DNA of 39,630 nt from an uncultured Dehalococcoidales bacterium (GTDB lineage Bacteria > Chloroflexota > Dehalococcoidia > Dehalococcoidales > BS750m-G39), in NCBI GenBank assembly GCA_964587415.1, contig CAZPLG010000001.1, forward strand, positions 1-39,630, read 5' to 3'. Positions 9,580-18,563 of the stretch are shown one piece after another (positions within the stretch are counted from its first letter, which is position 1; every line of letters begins with the position of its first letter). The position numbers and the translations under genes were made by a program. Under the pieces are notes generated by a model. The model did no database searches and was not told where the DNA came from. It worked only from the letters and a program-made list of their open reading frames with translations.

Positions 9580-11246
9580 CAGACCCGCCCCAGTCGCGCC
9601 GTCTCTTCCTCGATGAGTTTTTCGTCGAGCTTGACGAAAAGAGGCTCGGGTTCGCCCAGCTTCTGCCCTCCCGTCGGCAGGCGCAGCTTCCAGCCATCGT
9701 CCTCGATGGTGCCATCGAAGCCCATCATCTGATGCAATTTTTGCGAGCTGAAGGGCAGGAAGGGGGAGAGCATGACTTTAAGCGCCGAGATAACACCCAG
9801 CGCCACATATAGCGAATCAGCAGCAGCCTGCTTATCCTCTTTTATTATCTTCCAGGGCGACTTGTCGTCGAGGTAGCGGTTGGCTTCCTGCGCCAAGGAC
9901 ATAGCCGCCATCATACCCTGCTTGAAGCGGCACTGAGCAATAAAGTCGCCGACGTTGTTGAGCGTTTCCTCGGCTTGAGCCATAAGTTTCCGACTCGGCT
10001 CATCCAGCTCACCGGGCTCGGGCACACAGCCGTCGAAATTGCGGTAGACAAAGGTAAGCACCCGGTTGACCAGGTTGCCGTAGGTGGCTACCAGCTCGTC
10101 GTTGTTGCGGCGGAAGAACTCCCGCCAGGAAAAGTCGGTATCGCTGGTCTCGGGCATATTTATTGATAAGAGGTAGCGCAGCGGGTCGGGCGCGTATCGG
10201 GCTAAATAATCGGGCAGCCAGACCGCCCAGTTACGGCTCGTGGAAAGCTTTTTACCCTCGATGGTCAAAAACTCGTTGGCGGGCACGTCGTAGGGCAGAT
10301 TCAGCCCCCCGTAGCCCATCAGCATCATCGGCCAGATTATGGTGTGGAAGGGAATGTTATCCTTGCCGATGAAGTAATAGCTCTTGGCTTTATCATCCTG
10401 CCAGAAGGGACGCCACCCCTCCCCGTCTCCGTTGGATTTCGCCCATTCTTTGGACGCCGATAGGTAGCCGATAACCGCCTCGAACCAGACGTAGATGCGC
10501 TTTTTCTCGTAGCCCTCGAGCGGCACGGGCACCCCCCAGTCGATGTCGCGGGTGATGGCGCGGTCTTTAAGCCCGTCCTTGAGGTAGCGGGTGGTAAAGT
10601 TGAGCACGTTCTGCCGCCAGTGGCTCTTCGGCTTCACCCATTTAAGCAGCTTTTCCTGGAAGGCGGAAAGCCTGAGGAAAAAGTGCTCCGAGTCCTCGAA
10701 GTAGGGGGCGGCGGCGCACAAGCGGCAGCGGGGGTTGAGCAGCTCGGCGGGGTTCATCGGCTTGCCGCAGTCGTCGCACTGGTCGCCCCGGGCAGCGGTA
10801 GAGCCGCAAAAGGGGCAGGTGCCCTCGATATAGCGGTCGGGCAGAAAGCGCTGACACTGCGGGCAGTAGGGCTGCGAGACCCTGGCTTTATAGATATAGC
10901 CTTTTTCGAGCAGGGTAAGAAACATATCCTGGGTCACTTCGGCGTGGTTGGCCGTGCCCGTGGTGGTGAAGAGGTCGAAGGAGATGCCCAATTTTTGCCA
11001 GGATTCGAGGAACTCGCGGTGATAGCGGCCGGCAATATCGGCGGGCTTTTTCCCCTCCTGCTCCGCCTTAATGGTTATGGGCGTACCGTGCTGGTCCGAA
11101 CCCGAAACCATCAATACATCGTTCCCCTTGAGGCGGTGGTAGCGGGCGAATATGTCCGCGGGCAGGTAGGCACCGGCAATCTGCCCCAGGTGCAACGAGC
11201 CGTTGGCGTAAGGCCAGGCGACGGCAACCAGGATTTTTTCAGTCAT
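9579..11246 (-). CDS. metG: Methionine--tRNA ligase
   Basis: 555-aa ORF. HIGH-like SLHLGQ, KMSKS-like KLSTS, four CxxC zinc knuckles, anticodon-binding domain. No C-terminal EMAP/Trbp111 domain. Confidence 0.96.
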   Translation of the reverse strand: MTEKILVAVAWPYANGSLHLGQIAGAYLPADIFARYHRLKGNDVLMVSGSDQHGTPITIKAEQEGKKPADIAGRYHREFLESWQKLGISFDLFTTTGTANHAEVTQDMFLTLLEKGYIYKARVSQPYCPQCQRFLPDRYIEGTCPFCGSTAARGDQCDDCGKPMNPAELLNPRCRLCAAAPYFEDSEHFFLRLSAFQEKLLKWVKPKSHWRQNVLNFTTRYLKDGLKDRAITRDIDWGVPVPLEGYEKKRIYVWFEAVIGYLSASKEWAKSNGDGEGWRPFWQDDKAKSYYFIGKDNIPFHTIIWPMMLMGYGGLNLPYDVPANEFLTIEGKKLSTSRNWAVWLPDYLARYAPDPLRYLLSINMPETSDTDFSWREFFRRNNDELVATYGNLVNRVLTFVYRNFDGCVPEPGELDEPSRKLMAQAEETLNNVGDFIAQCRFKQGMMAAMSLAQEANRYLDDKSPWKIIKEDKQAAADSLYVALGVISALKVMLSPFLPFSSQKLHQMMGFDGTIEDDGWKLRLPTGGQKLGEPEPLFVKLDEKLIEEETARLGRV

Positions 11247-11475
11247 TCTGATTCTCTTGTAAAGACTCGGCCCTCTCCGGGAAAAAGGTCAAGACCTGCT
11301 GCCCCTTGTCCTCGGTATAGCGAGCGTAGCCCTTGCTCAAACAGCAATCGACACAGATGCGCGACATCGTGCCTTCCTCGTCGATAACCATATAGCGCTC
11401 GGGATATGGTATCGGGCGCTGGCACTCATCGCACTGGACATCCCCTAAAGACGTACAACCACGGCGCATTGTCAA
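11239..11475 (-). CDS. Small zinc-ribbon protein (hypothetical), translationally coupled to metG
   Basis: 78-aa ORF with CDEC...CVDCC. GGAGG lies 4 nt before the TTG (11475) and 10 nt before the ATG (11469). The 3-prime end overlaps the metG start by 8 nt. Confidence 0.55.
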   Translation of the reverse strand: MTMRRGCTSLGDVQCDECQRPIPYPERYMVIDEEGTMSRICVDCCLSKGYARYTEDKGQQVLTFFPERAESLQENQND

Positions 11476-11497
11476 CTCACCTCCATACCCGAAAGCT

Positions 11498-12310
11498 TTA
11501 GCCTGACTTCAGCCAGGCGCGATATAATTCTTTCTTGGATAACCCCGTCTCTTCGGCCAGCCCAGCCACCGCCTCTTTAGCCCCCACCCCACTCCGCCGC
11601 ATCTCTTGCAGTCGTTTTTCGATAGCCTTGGTAAGCTTCGGCTTCTCTGGCTCCTTTTGTCCGGCGATGACCAGGGTAAACTCCCCCCTGGGCTCGGCGA
11701 AGTGCTCCGCCGCCTGGCTCACCTTCCCCCGAAAGACTTCCTCGTGGAGCTTGGTCAGCTCGCGGCAGACGGCAATCTCCCGGTCACCCAGGACCTCCAG
11801 TATATCGGATAGCGCCGCCGTCAGGCGGTGCGGAGTCTCCAGAACGACGATGGTGGCCGGGTCGGCGTCAATTGATTTTAGCAGTTTTTTTCGGGCGCTG
11901 CCTTTATGCGGCAGAAAGCCTATATAGCGGAACCGCTCCGTATCCAGCCCCGAAACCGCCAGCGCCGTAACCACCACCGAGGCACCGGGAATAGGTATTA
12001 TGGGAATGCCCCGCCCGCTGGCGGCGACGACAAGCTCATGCCCCGGGTCGGATATGCCCGGCATACCCGCATCCGAAACCAGCGCCACGTCCCCCTCGCT
12101 TAAGCAATCCAGAATATAGCCCAGCTTGGTCAGTTTGTTGCGCTCATGATAGCTGGTGGTCGGTGTCTTGATATCATAGCTCGCCAGCAGTTGCTTGGTA
12201 CGGCGGGTATCTTCGGCAGCGATAAGCTTCACCTCACGCAGAGTCCGCAGGGCACGCAGGGAGATATCTTCCAGGTTGCCAATCGGGGTCGCCACAATAT
12301 AAAGAGGCAT
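11498..12310 (-). CDS. rsmI: 16S rRNA (cytidine1402-2'-O)-methyltransferase RsmI
   Basis: 270-aa ORF. LYIVATPIGNLEDIS tetrapyrrole-methylase-fold N-terminus. rsmI-metG-tatD synteny as in Firmicutes. Confidence 0.92.
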   Translation of the reverse strand: MPLYIVATPIGNLEDISLRALRTLREVKLIAAEDTRRTKQLLASYDIKTPTTSYHERNKLTKLGYILDCLSEGDVALVSDAGMPGISDPGHELVVAASGRGIPIIPIPGASVVVTALAVSGLDTERFRYIGFLPHKGSARKKLLKSIDADPATIVVLETPHRLTAALSDILEVLGDREIAVCRELTKLHEEVFRGKVSQAAEHFAEPRGEFTLVIAGQKEPEKPKLTKAIEKRLQEMRRSGVGAKEAVAGLAEETGLSKKELYRAWLKSG

Positions 12311-12377
12311 GGTTTTTATCCGCCCGATTTTTGCTATTATAGCGCATAGCTAGGTTCTAGTCCACTGTGGAGTTTGA

Positions 12378-12693
12378 CCACCCCACCCCCACCACCTTGT
12401 TATGCGGAGGTCTTTCTTTCCCACCCAATGCCCACCCTATAAGGGTTAGACCCTTATATATCTCTTATATGGGTTACGCCCTACCCCCGTGTCATTCCCG
12501 TGCAGACGGGAATCTAGTTTCCCCCTTTGTAAAAGCCCGCCTGCCAAAGCCTTGTGTGGCGGACAGGGGGGATTAAGGGGGATTTTCCTCAAAAGGGCAG
12601 TGGGCGGGAATAGATAAAATCGGGGTGGGGGGCAACGTGCCTCCAGGTTAAGGAGTTTAACTCATTAGGGCGGGCTGGGTGGGACGAAAAACC
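12378..12693. repeat. Copy 3 of the dispersed mosaic repeat (largest, composite, with inverted arms)
   Basis: Left arm CCCACCCAATGCCCACCC (12420-12437) plus hairpin 12439-12457. Internal hairpin attcccgt-gcag-acgggaat (12494-12513). Internal gggcagtgggcgggaatagataaaatcgg. Right arm ccaggttaaggagtttaactcattaGGGCGGGCTGGGTGGG (12643-12683). Confidence 0.85.
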
Positions 12694-12696
12694 TCC

Positions 12697-12725
12697 TTGA
12701 CTTTGCTCAACCCCTTTGTTATAGT
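12697..12725 (+). promoter_or_regulatory. Candidate sigma-70 promoter of the guaB3-like gene
   Basis: TTGACT (12697-12702), 17-nt spacer containing TG, TATAGT (12720-12725). ATG at 12747 preceded by aagaagg. Confidence 0.6.
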
Positions 12726-12746
12726 TTTGGTTTAAGAAGGTGCGAG

Positions 12747-13892
12747 ATGGCTAAACCCAAATTCAGAGAACTCCGACGCTCATACGGATTTGACGAGGTA
12801 GCCATCGTCCCCGGAGACATAACCGTCAACCCCGACCAGACCAACATTGACCTCGAGATAGAAGGCATCACCTTTTCCATACCCATCCTGGCCGCGGCTA
12901 TGGACGGCGTGGTCGATGTCAAGACGGCCACCCTGATGAGCCAACTGGGAGGCCTGGGCGTGCTCAATCTGGAGGGCGTGCAGACCCGCTACGATAACCC
13001 CGACGAAGTCCTGATCGAAATCGCCCGCGCCCCCGCCGACAAGGTCACCGCCCTGCTGCAAAAGGTCTATTCCGCCCCGATTAAGGAAAACCTTATCGGT
13101 GAGCGCATTAAGGCGATTAAAAAATCGAAGGTAACCTGCGCCGTCTCGGTAACCCCGGCCAACACCAAGCGACTGGCTCCGGTAACCGCTGAAGCCGGCG
13201 CCGATATACTGGTCGTCCAGTCCACGGTAACCACCGCCCGCCACACCTCCAAGAGCTACGAAGGGCTTATCTTCCCCAAACTGCGCAAGCTGGTGTCCAT
13301 GCCCGTTATCGTCGGCAACTGCGTCAGCTACAACGCCTGTTTGGAGATTATGAGGACGGGAATATCGGCGGTCTTAGTCGGTGTCGGTCCCGGCGCTGCC
13401 TGCACCACGCGGCAGGTCTTGGGCGTCGGCGTCCCCCAGGTAACGGCCACCATGGACTGCGCTTTAGCTCGGGATGACTACTTCCGCGAATCAGGCCGGT
13501 ATGTGCCCATCATCACCGACGGCGGCTTCCGCAACGGCGGCGACCTCTGCAAGGCTATTGCCGCTGGCGCCGATGCCGTCATGATCGGCTCCGTCTTCGC
13601 CCAGGCTGAAGAAGCCCCCGGGCTTGGCTATCACTGGGGTATGTCCCACCCCCACCCCGCCCTGCCCCGCGGGACGAGGATAAAGGTCGGCACCACGGCC
13701 ACATTGAAGCAGATTCTCTTCGGCCCCACCTCGGTCACCGACGGCAGCCAGAACCTGGTGGGCGCGCTGCGCACCGCCCTGGGTGTCTGCGGCGCGCTGA
13801 ACATCAAGGAGATGCATAAAGCGGAGATAATTATCGCCCCGGCCATCACAACCGAGGGTAAGTCCTGGCAGATGGCTCAGGGCGGACCTTAG
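12747..13892 (+). CDS. IMP dehydrogenase-family protein lacking the CBS subdomain (GuaB3-like)
   Basis: 381-aa ORF. IMPDH/GMPR TIM-barrel motifs, catalytic-loop-like [10 protein letters not shown]. Too short to contain a Bateman domain. Confidence 0.85.
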   Translation: MAKPKFRELRRSYGFDEVAIVPGDITVNPDQTNIDLEIEGITFSIPILAAAMDGVVDVKTATLMSQLGGLGVLNLEGVQTRYDNPDEVLIEIARAPADKVTALLQKVYSAPIKENLIGERIKAIKKSKVTCAVSVTPANTKRLAPVTAEAGADILVVQSTVTTARHTSKSYEGLIFPKLRKLVSMPVIVGNCVSYNACLEIMRTGISAVLVGVGPGAACTTRQVLGVGVPQVTATMDCALARDDYFRESGRYVPIITDGGFRNGGDLCKAIAAGADAVMIGSVFAQAEEAPGLGYHWGMSHPHPALPRGTRIKVGTTATLKQILFGPTSVTDGSQNLVGALRTALGVCGALNIKEMHKAEIIIAPAITTEGKSWQMAQGGP

Positions 13893-14623
13893 TCCTCGTC
13901 TTCCTCTTCTTCCTCGGATACAGTCCCCGTCTCGCCGCCTATGCGCGGCAGCAATGGCTCGGTTCGGCGGCGTTTACCCGCCTTCGGGGCAGGCAGCTTG
14001 TCAATCATCTGGCGCAGCTTGTCTAACTTACCCCCCGCCACCACCCCACCCACGTCGGCCTCGTATAGCGCCTGAAGCTCGCTGGCGGTAATATCGGGCG
14101 ACACCGCCACCAGCAAAGGCTTGGTCAGGATATTAGCGCAACGCCGGAAGAGCATAAGGTCCTGCCAGGTCAGGGAGGGCTTTCCCCCGGCGATAAGCAC
14201 CGCGTCTACGGGCAGGTCGTCGATTGCCTTTAATAATCCGGCATCGAGCGCCGCCTCCACCTCCACTATCTTGCCCGGCTTCTCCTCTTCCAGTACGGCC
14301 TGGGAGACGCTGGCGGCAGGAAAGACGATAAAGTCGGCGCCCCCCTCCACCAGCTGCTTTATTCCCGCACTGGAGACCTCTTTGAGCCAGCCGCCCCAGG
14401 GGATATCGAGCGCGGCTTTAGGTGCTTTAAGGGATTTTGTCCCCGCCTTGGGGATTGACACCAATACCGCGTCGGCGCCGGCGACGGCTGCTTTAGCGCC
14501 AGACTCGGCTATATGCGCCACCAGCGCCATCTTGAGCCCGGGCTTAGCCCTCGCCACCCGGAAGCCCATGGGCGCCAGCCCGCCGGATGCAATTGAATTC
14601 AACTTATCGATAAATTGGCTCAT
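13889..14623 (-). CDS. Hypothetical protein with repeated beta/alpha-like GAD(A/F)(V/I) strands and an acidic tail
   Basis: 244-aa ORF with good coding look and no antisense competitor of similar quality. C-terminus KRRRTEP...SEEEEEDED. The stop overlaps the guaB3-like stop (convergent, 4 bp). I do not recognise the family. Confidence 0.6.
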   Translation of the reverse strand: MSQFIDKLNSIASGGLAPMGFRVARAKPGLKMALVAHIAESGAKAAVAGADAVLVSIPKAGTKSLKAPKAALDIPWGGWLKEVSSAGIKQLVEGGADFIVFPAASVSQAVLEEEKPGKIVEVEAALDAGLLKAIDDLPVDAVLIAGGKPSLTWQDLMLFRRCANILTKPLLVAVSPDITASELQALYEADVGGVVAGGKLDKLRQMIDKLPAPKAGKRRRTEPLLPRIGGETGTVSEEEEEDED

Positions 14624-14679
14624 AGCTATAAAGGCTTATCGGCGCAGACGGAGCCCTACAAAGAGAATTCCGGCTGTGG

Positions 14680-15387
14680 TTAAGAGCCCATTATCTGGAC
14701 GCCCGACGGCAGCTCGAACAGGTTGTCGTTGATGTCGCCGAAGTCTATGTTCTTAAAGACAACCACAATCGTGCCTTCGGAGGTCGTTGTCTCCATACGG
14801 ATGGGGAAGCCGTGCTCCTTCCATATCCAGCTCTTTACCGTCGCCCCGCCGTAGCTGTATTCCACCACCAGGCAGACCTTGCCGTCCACGGTGTCGGTGC
14901 CGATTATGGTCGGGTTATAAGAGGGTATGTCCTGGACACCTTCGTAATCGGGCGGATTCACCTGGCTGATATTCATCTCGTACGCCATGTCCAGGTCGGG
15001 CATGTACATGTAGGCCTTGCCGGTGTCATAGTTGGACAGGTAAATTATGTGCTGCCCCTGCCCCTGCCCCTGCTCCTCCATCTCCATCCTCATCTTGTTC
15101 CCCTCCACCCACACCTCCATGCTCACCGTCGGTATGCCGGGGCCGGTCGTCTCCATAGTATAGCTAACCGAGTCTATACCCGTCCCGTGCCCCAGTATGT
15201 CGCCCAAATCCTCCCCATCCCCATTTCCGCCACCGTTTCCGTCCCCGTTAGCGTCTCCGTTGCCGTTGGCGGGCTCACCACCGCCGTTATCGGGCACCGC
15301 CCCACCATCCCCACCGCCACAGGCGGCCAGCCCGACGCAGCCCAACACCACCACCAATACCAGCAATAATGAAATAACTCTTTTCAT
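14680..15387 (-). CDS. Secreted lipoprotein, Gly/Asn/Asp-rich linker plus LolA-like/DUF4367-like domain
   Basis: Signal peptide MKRVISLLLVLVVVLGCVGLAAC with lipobox. Low-complexity GGGEPANGNGDANGDGNGGGNGDGED linker. The ORF is open up to a GTG at 15411, but the ATG at 15387 is the more likely start. Confidence 0.7.
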   Translation of the reverse strand: MKRVISLLLVLVVVLGCVGLAACGGGDGGAVPDNGGGEPANGNGDANGDGNGGGNGDGEDLGDILGHGTGIDSVSYTMETTGPGIPTVSMEVWVEGNKMRMEMEEQGQGQGQHIIYLSNYDTGKAYMYMPDLDMAYEMNISQVNPPDYEGVQDIPSYNPTIIGTDTVDGKVCLVVEYSYGGATVKSWIWKEHGFPIRMETTTSEGTIVVVFKNIDFGDINDNLFELPSGVQIMGS

Positions 15388-15414
15388 CTCCTTCACCTTC
15401 TTAACCGTCACGCT

Positions 15415-15750
15415 TTAAGCATGCTTTTCGGCGTAATCGCCCGCTATGGGCATCTTAATCTTCTCGCCCTGGTAAGCTTTTACCATCAGTATTATCCAGA
15501 GGACAAAAACGAACACCCAGAGAATCCAGCCGAAAACCCAGCCCACAATCGGTATCCAGAAAAGGATGGCGTAGACCACGCTGATGGCGCCGAAGACGAT
15601 GAGCGACTGTATGGCGTGAAAGCGCACGAACTTGTCCTTCTTCTCCAGAATCAGGAATGCCAGCCCGGTTACCCATAAAAGTAAGTAGCACAGTAATCCG
15701 GCAACGTTGGGCTTCAGCCCGGTGCTCGCTTTGCTCCTCGCTTGAGCCAT
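15415..15750 (-). CDS. DUF4870-like small integral membrane protein (paralog A)
   Basis: 111-aa ORF. NVAGLLCY..W.TGL.FL.LEKKDKFVRFHAIQS motif and 3 predicted TM helices. Confidence 0.75.
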   Translation of the reverse strand: MAQARSKASTGLKPNVAGLLCYLLLWVTGLAFLILEKKDKFVRFHAIQSLIVFGAISVVYAILFWIPIVGWVFGWILWVFVFVLWIILMVKAYQGEKIKMPIAGDYAEKHA

Positions 15751-15759
15751 CGCGCTACC

Positions 15760-16116
15760 TTATTTAGCGTATTTCTCGGCCAAATCCCCGGATATGGGCA
15801 GCTTATATTTTTCGCCCTTGTAGGCCTTAACCATGAGCACTATCCACAGAATCAGGGCACACAGCCCGACGAGATAGATTAGGATAAGGAAAAGTATCCA
15901 GATAAAGGGAATCCAGGTCAAAATCCACAATACAAGGTTTACCACACTAAAGGCGCCAAAGACGATTATGGACTGTATGGCGTGAAAGCGCACGAATTTG
16001 TCCTTCGGCTCAAGGAGCAGAAAAACCAGCCCGCTTACCCACCCCAGCACGTAGCACAGTAAGCCGGCAACATTCGGCTCCAGGCCGGTGCCTGTTTTGC
16101 CTTTATTTTCAGCCAT
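15760..16116 (-). CDS. DUF4870-like small integral membrane protein (paralog B)
   Basis: 118-aa ORF, clearly homologous to 15415-15750 at both termini (KDKFVRFHAIQS ... MVKAYxGEKxKxPIxGDxAEK). aaggagg SD. Confidence 0.75.
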   Translation of the reverse strand: MAENKGKTGTGLEPNVAGLLCYVLGWVSGLVFLLLEPKDKFVRFHAIQSIIVFGAFSVVNLVLWILTWIPFIWILFLILIYLVGLCALILWIVLMVKAYKGEKYKLPISGDLAEKYAK

Positions 16117-16190
16117 GGTTTAAGTCCTCCTTATCTGACTTTGAGCTAGATATATCATTATTTCAGCTGAAAGTCAATTATTTGGCCTAC

Positions 16191-16219
16191 TTGACAAAAA
16201 GTGGACAATAGGCTACACT
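16191..16219 (+). promoter_or_regulatory. Promoter of the trp-aro supraoperon
   Basis: TTGACA (16191-16196), exactly 17-nt spacer, TACACT (16214-16219). Confidence 0.65.
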
Positions 16220-16225
16220 CCCCCT

Positions 16226-16541
16226 AATTAAATATCGTTAAAGGCTGGGAACGAGATTAGTAGGCCCCCAGCGAGGCTAGCAGAGAGCCGGGTTGAGGTG
16301 AAAACCGGCGCTGGCGTAGGGGTTGAATGGACTCGGGAGCTGCAAACCGAAAGGCCTTAATTCTTAATAAAAAGGGCGAGTAGGCTTTGCCGGAAAGGGT
16401 ACCGTTATTAAAACCCAGGGTATCGCTCCAGAATATCGAAGCCGTACCTGAAAAGAGATGACCCTTCGGAGGAAGGGTTAACTAGGGTGGCACCGCGAAG
16501 CATTAACCTTTCGCCCCTATCGGGCGAGGGGTTATTTTTTT
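16226..16541 (+). promoter_or_regulatory. T-box riboswitch leader with tryptophan (UGG) specifier
   Basis: - Stem I elements: AGTA (16259-16262), AGAGAG (16282-16287), distal hairpin gccgg-gttgaggtgaaaa-ccggc (16287-16309).
- Specifier loop GAA-TGG-A, with UGG at 16328-16330.
- T-box sequence aactaGGGTGGcACCGCG (16480-16497).
- Terminator at 16507-16541. Confidence 0.85.
16507..16541 (+). terminator. T-box-controlled intrinsic terminator
   Basis: 10-bp stem cctttcgccc / gggcgagggg (two G-U pairs), loop ctatc, then ttattttttt. SD agggag and the trpE ATG follow. Confidence 0.8.
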
Positions 16542-16552
16542 AGGGAGAAAAA

Positions 16553-17989
16553 ATGTACCATCCTGACTTAAAAGAATATAGAAAGCTTAAAAGACAAGGC
16601 AAACTGGTGCCCGTCTACCGCGAGATAGCCGCTGGCGGCGAAACGCCCGTCTCCGCGCTATTGAAGATAAAGCGCGGCGACTACGCCTTTCTCTTGGAGA
16701 GCGTCGAGGGCGGTCAGGGCACGGCCGGCTACAGCTTTATCGGCACCGAGCCCTACCGTGTGCTCAGAACCAGGGAGAGCGATAAAACCAATCCTTTGGA
16801 TTCCCTCGCCGAAGAGCTGCCCAGGCACAGGCTGGTCGAGATAAAGGGCTTGCCCGATTTCTGCGGCGGCGCTGTCGGCTACCTCGGCTACGAGACAATC
16901 CGCCGCCTGGAAGAGTTACCCTCGCCCGAATCAGACCCGCTGGCCCTGCCCGAGTCGGTCTTTATGCTCGTGGACACTTTGCTCATCTTCGACCACGCTA
17001 ATAATAAGATTAAAATCGTCAGCCTGGCTCCCCCCGACGGCGATGACGCTTACAATGCAGCAGTGGAGAAAATAGACGACCTGGCGGAGAGGCTAAAACA
17101 GCCCTTAGAGCCGCCCCACTCCACCCCATCCCCCCACAAGTCGAGCGGGACCCCAGAAATCGTCTCTAACCTCACCAGAGCTGAATTTGAGGCTAATGTG
17201 GCCAAAGCCAGGGAATACATCATCGAGGGCGAGGCCATTCAGATTGTGCTCTCCCAGCGCCTCAGTCGGCGCACTACTGCCCAAGCTTTAGACATCTATA
17301 AAGCGCTGCGGCGCATCAACCCCTCCCCCTACATGTTCTTCCTTGACTTAAAGGGCTTCCAGGTTATCGGTTCCTCACCGGAGATTCTGGTCCGGGCCAT
17401 AGACGGCAGGGTAACCACCCGCCCGCTGGCGGGGACAAGGCCAAGAGGCAAGACGCCAGGTGAGGACAAGAGGCTGGAAGAAGAATTGCGCGCCGACGAA
17501 AAGGAGCGCGCCGAGCACATCATGCTCGTCGACCTGGGGCGCAACGACATCGGCCGGGTAAGCCTGCCCGGCACGGTCGAGGTCAGCGAACTTATGGACG
17601 TGGAACGCTACTCCCACGTCATGCATTTGGTCACCAACGTGGACGGTAAACTAAGGCCCGACCTGACGCCGATTGACGCCTTAGGCGCCTGCTTCCCCGC
17701 GGGCACGGTATCGGGCGCGCCCAAAATCCGCGCCATGGAGGTCATCGCCGAGCTTGAGCCCGACAAGCGAGGACCTTACGCCGGCTGCGTCGGCTACTTC
17801 AGCTTCTCCGGCGCCATGGACACTGCCATCACCATCAGGACTATCGTCATGGTTGACGGCACCGCCCACGTCCAGGCGGGCGCGGGCATCGTCTATGACA
17901 GCGTGCCGTCGCGGGAATATGAGGAAACGATGAACAAGGCCCGCGCTTTGCTCAAGGCAATCGAGGAAGCCGAGGCTTCAGAGGAATAG
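16553..17989 (+). CDS. trpE: Anthranilate synthase component I
   Basis: 478-aa ORF. Chorismate-binding domain motifs (LSQRL, GTRPRG, AGAGIVYDS). Confidence 0.96.
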   Translation: MYHPDLKEYRKLKRQGKLVPVYREIAAGGETPVSALLKIKRGDYAFLLESVEGGQGTAGYSFIGTEPYRVLRTRESDKTNPLDSLAEELPRHRLVEIKGLPDFCGGAVGYLGYETIRRLEELPSPESDPLALPESVFMLVDTLLIFDHANNKIKIVSLAPPDGDDAYNAAVEKIDDLAERLKQPLEPPHSTPSPHKSSGTPEIVSNLTRAEFEANVAKAREYIIEGEAIQIVLSQRLSRRTTAQALDIYKALRRINPSPYMFFLDLKGFQVIGSSPEILVRAIDGRVTTRPLAGTRPRGKTPGEDKRLEEELRADEKERAEHIMLVDLGRNDIGRVSLPGTVEVSELMDVERYSHVMHLVTNVDGKLRPDLTPIDALGACFPAGTVSGAPKIRAMEVIAELEPDKRGPYAGCVGYFSFSGAMDTAITIRTIVMVDGTAHVQAGAGIVYDSVPSREYEETMNKARALLKAIEEAEASEE

Positions 17990-17990
17990 A

Positions 17991-18563
17991 ATGCTTTTAA
18001 TCATTGATAATTATGATAGCTTCACCTACAACCTCTTCCAGTACTTGAGCGAGCTGGGCGAAGAGGTGCGGGTAGTGCGCAATGATAAAATAACCTTAGA
18101 GGAGATTGAGCAAATGAGCCCGGAGCGCATCGTCATCTCCCCCGGCCCCTCCACCCCCCTCAATGCCGGCATCTCCAACGATGTTATAAAGCACTTCGGG
18201 GACAGGTTACCCATACTCGGCGTCTGCCTGGGCCACCAGTGTATCGGCCACAGCTACGGGGGCTTTTTCGGCCCGGCCAGGACGATTATGCACGGCAAGT
18301 CCTCGCTCATTTACCACAGCGACACGGGCGTTTTCTCTGGCCTGCCCAACCCCTTCCCCGCCATCCGTTACCACTCTTTGATGGTCGCCCGCGAAGGCCT
18401 CCCCGACTGCCTGGAAATAACCGCCTGGACGGAAGACAACACCATCATGGGCATGCGCCACCGCCAACACCCGGTGGAAGGCGTCCAGTTCCACCCCGAG
18501 TCCTTCATGACCCATAACGGGAAGGAATTATTGAGCAATTTTTTGAGGGGAGGCAGGACATGA
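17991..18563 (+). CDS. trpG: Anthranilate synthase component II (glutamine amidotransferase)
   Basis: 190-aa ORF. GVCLGHQ catalytic Cys, HPES. Starts 1 nt after the trpE stop. Confidence 0.95.
   Translation: MLLIIDNYDSFTYNLFQYLSELGEEVRVVRNDKITLEEIEQMSPERIVISPGPSTPLNAGISNDVIKHFGDRLPILGVCLGHQCIGHSYGGFFGPARTIMHGKSSLIYHSDTGVFSGLPNPFPAIRYHSLMVAREGLPDCLEITAWTEDNTIMGMRHRQHPVEGVQFHPESFMTHNGKELLSNFLRGGRT

Noticed and set aside
12491-12516. CRISPR-repeat-like hairpin gtcattcccgtgcagacgggaatc
   Set aside because: It looks like a palindromic CRISPR repeat, but it occurs only once. There are no regularly spaced copies, spacers or cas genes. It is an internal module of repeat copy 3.
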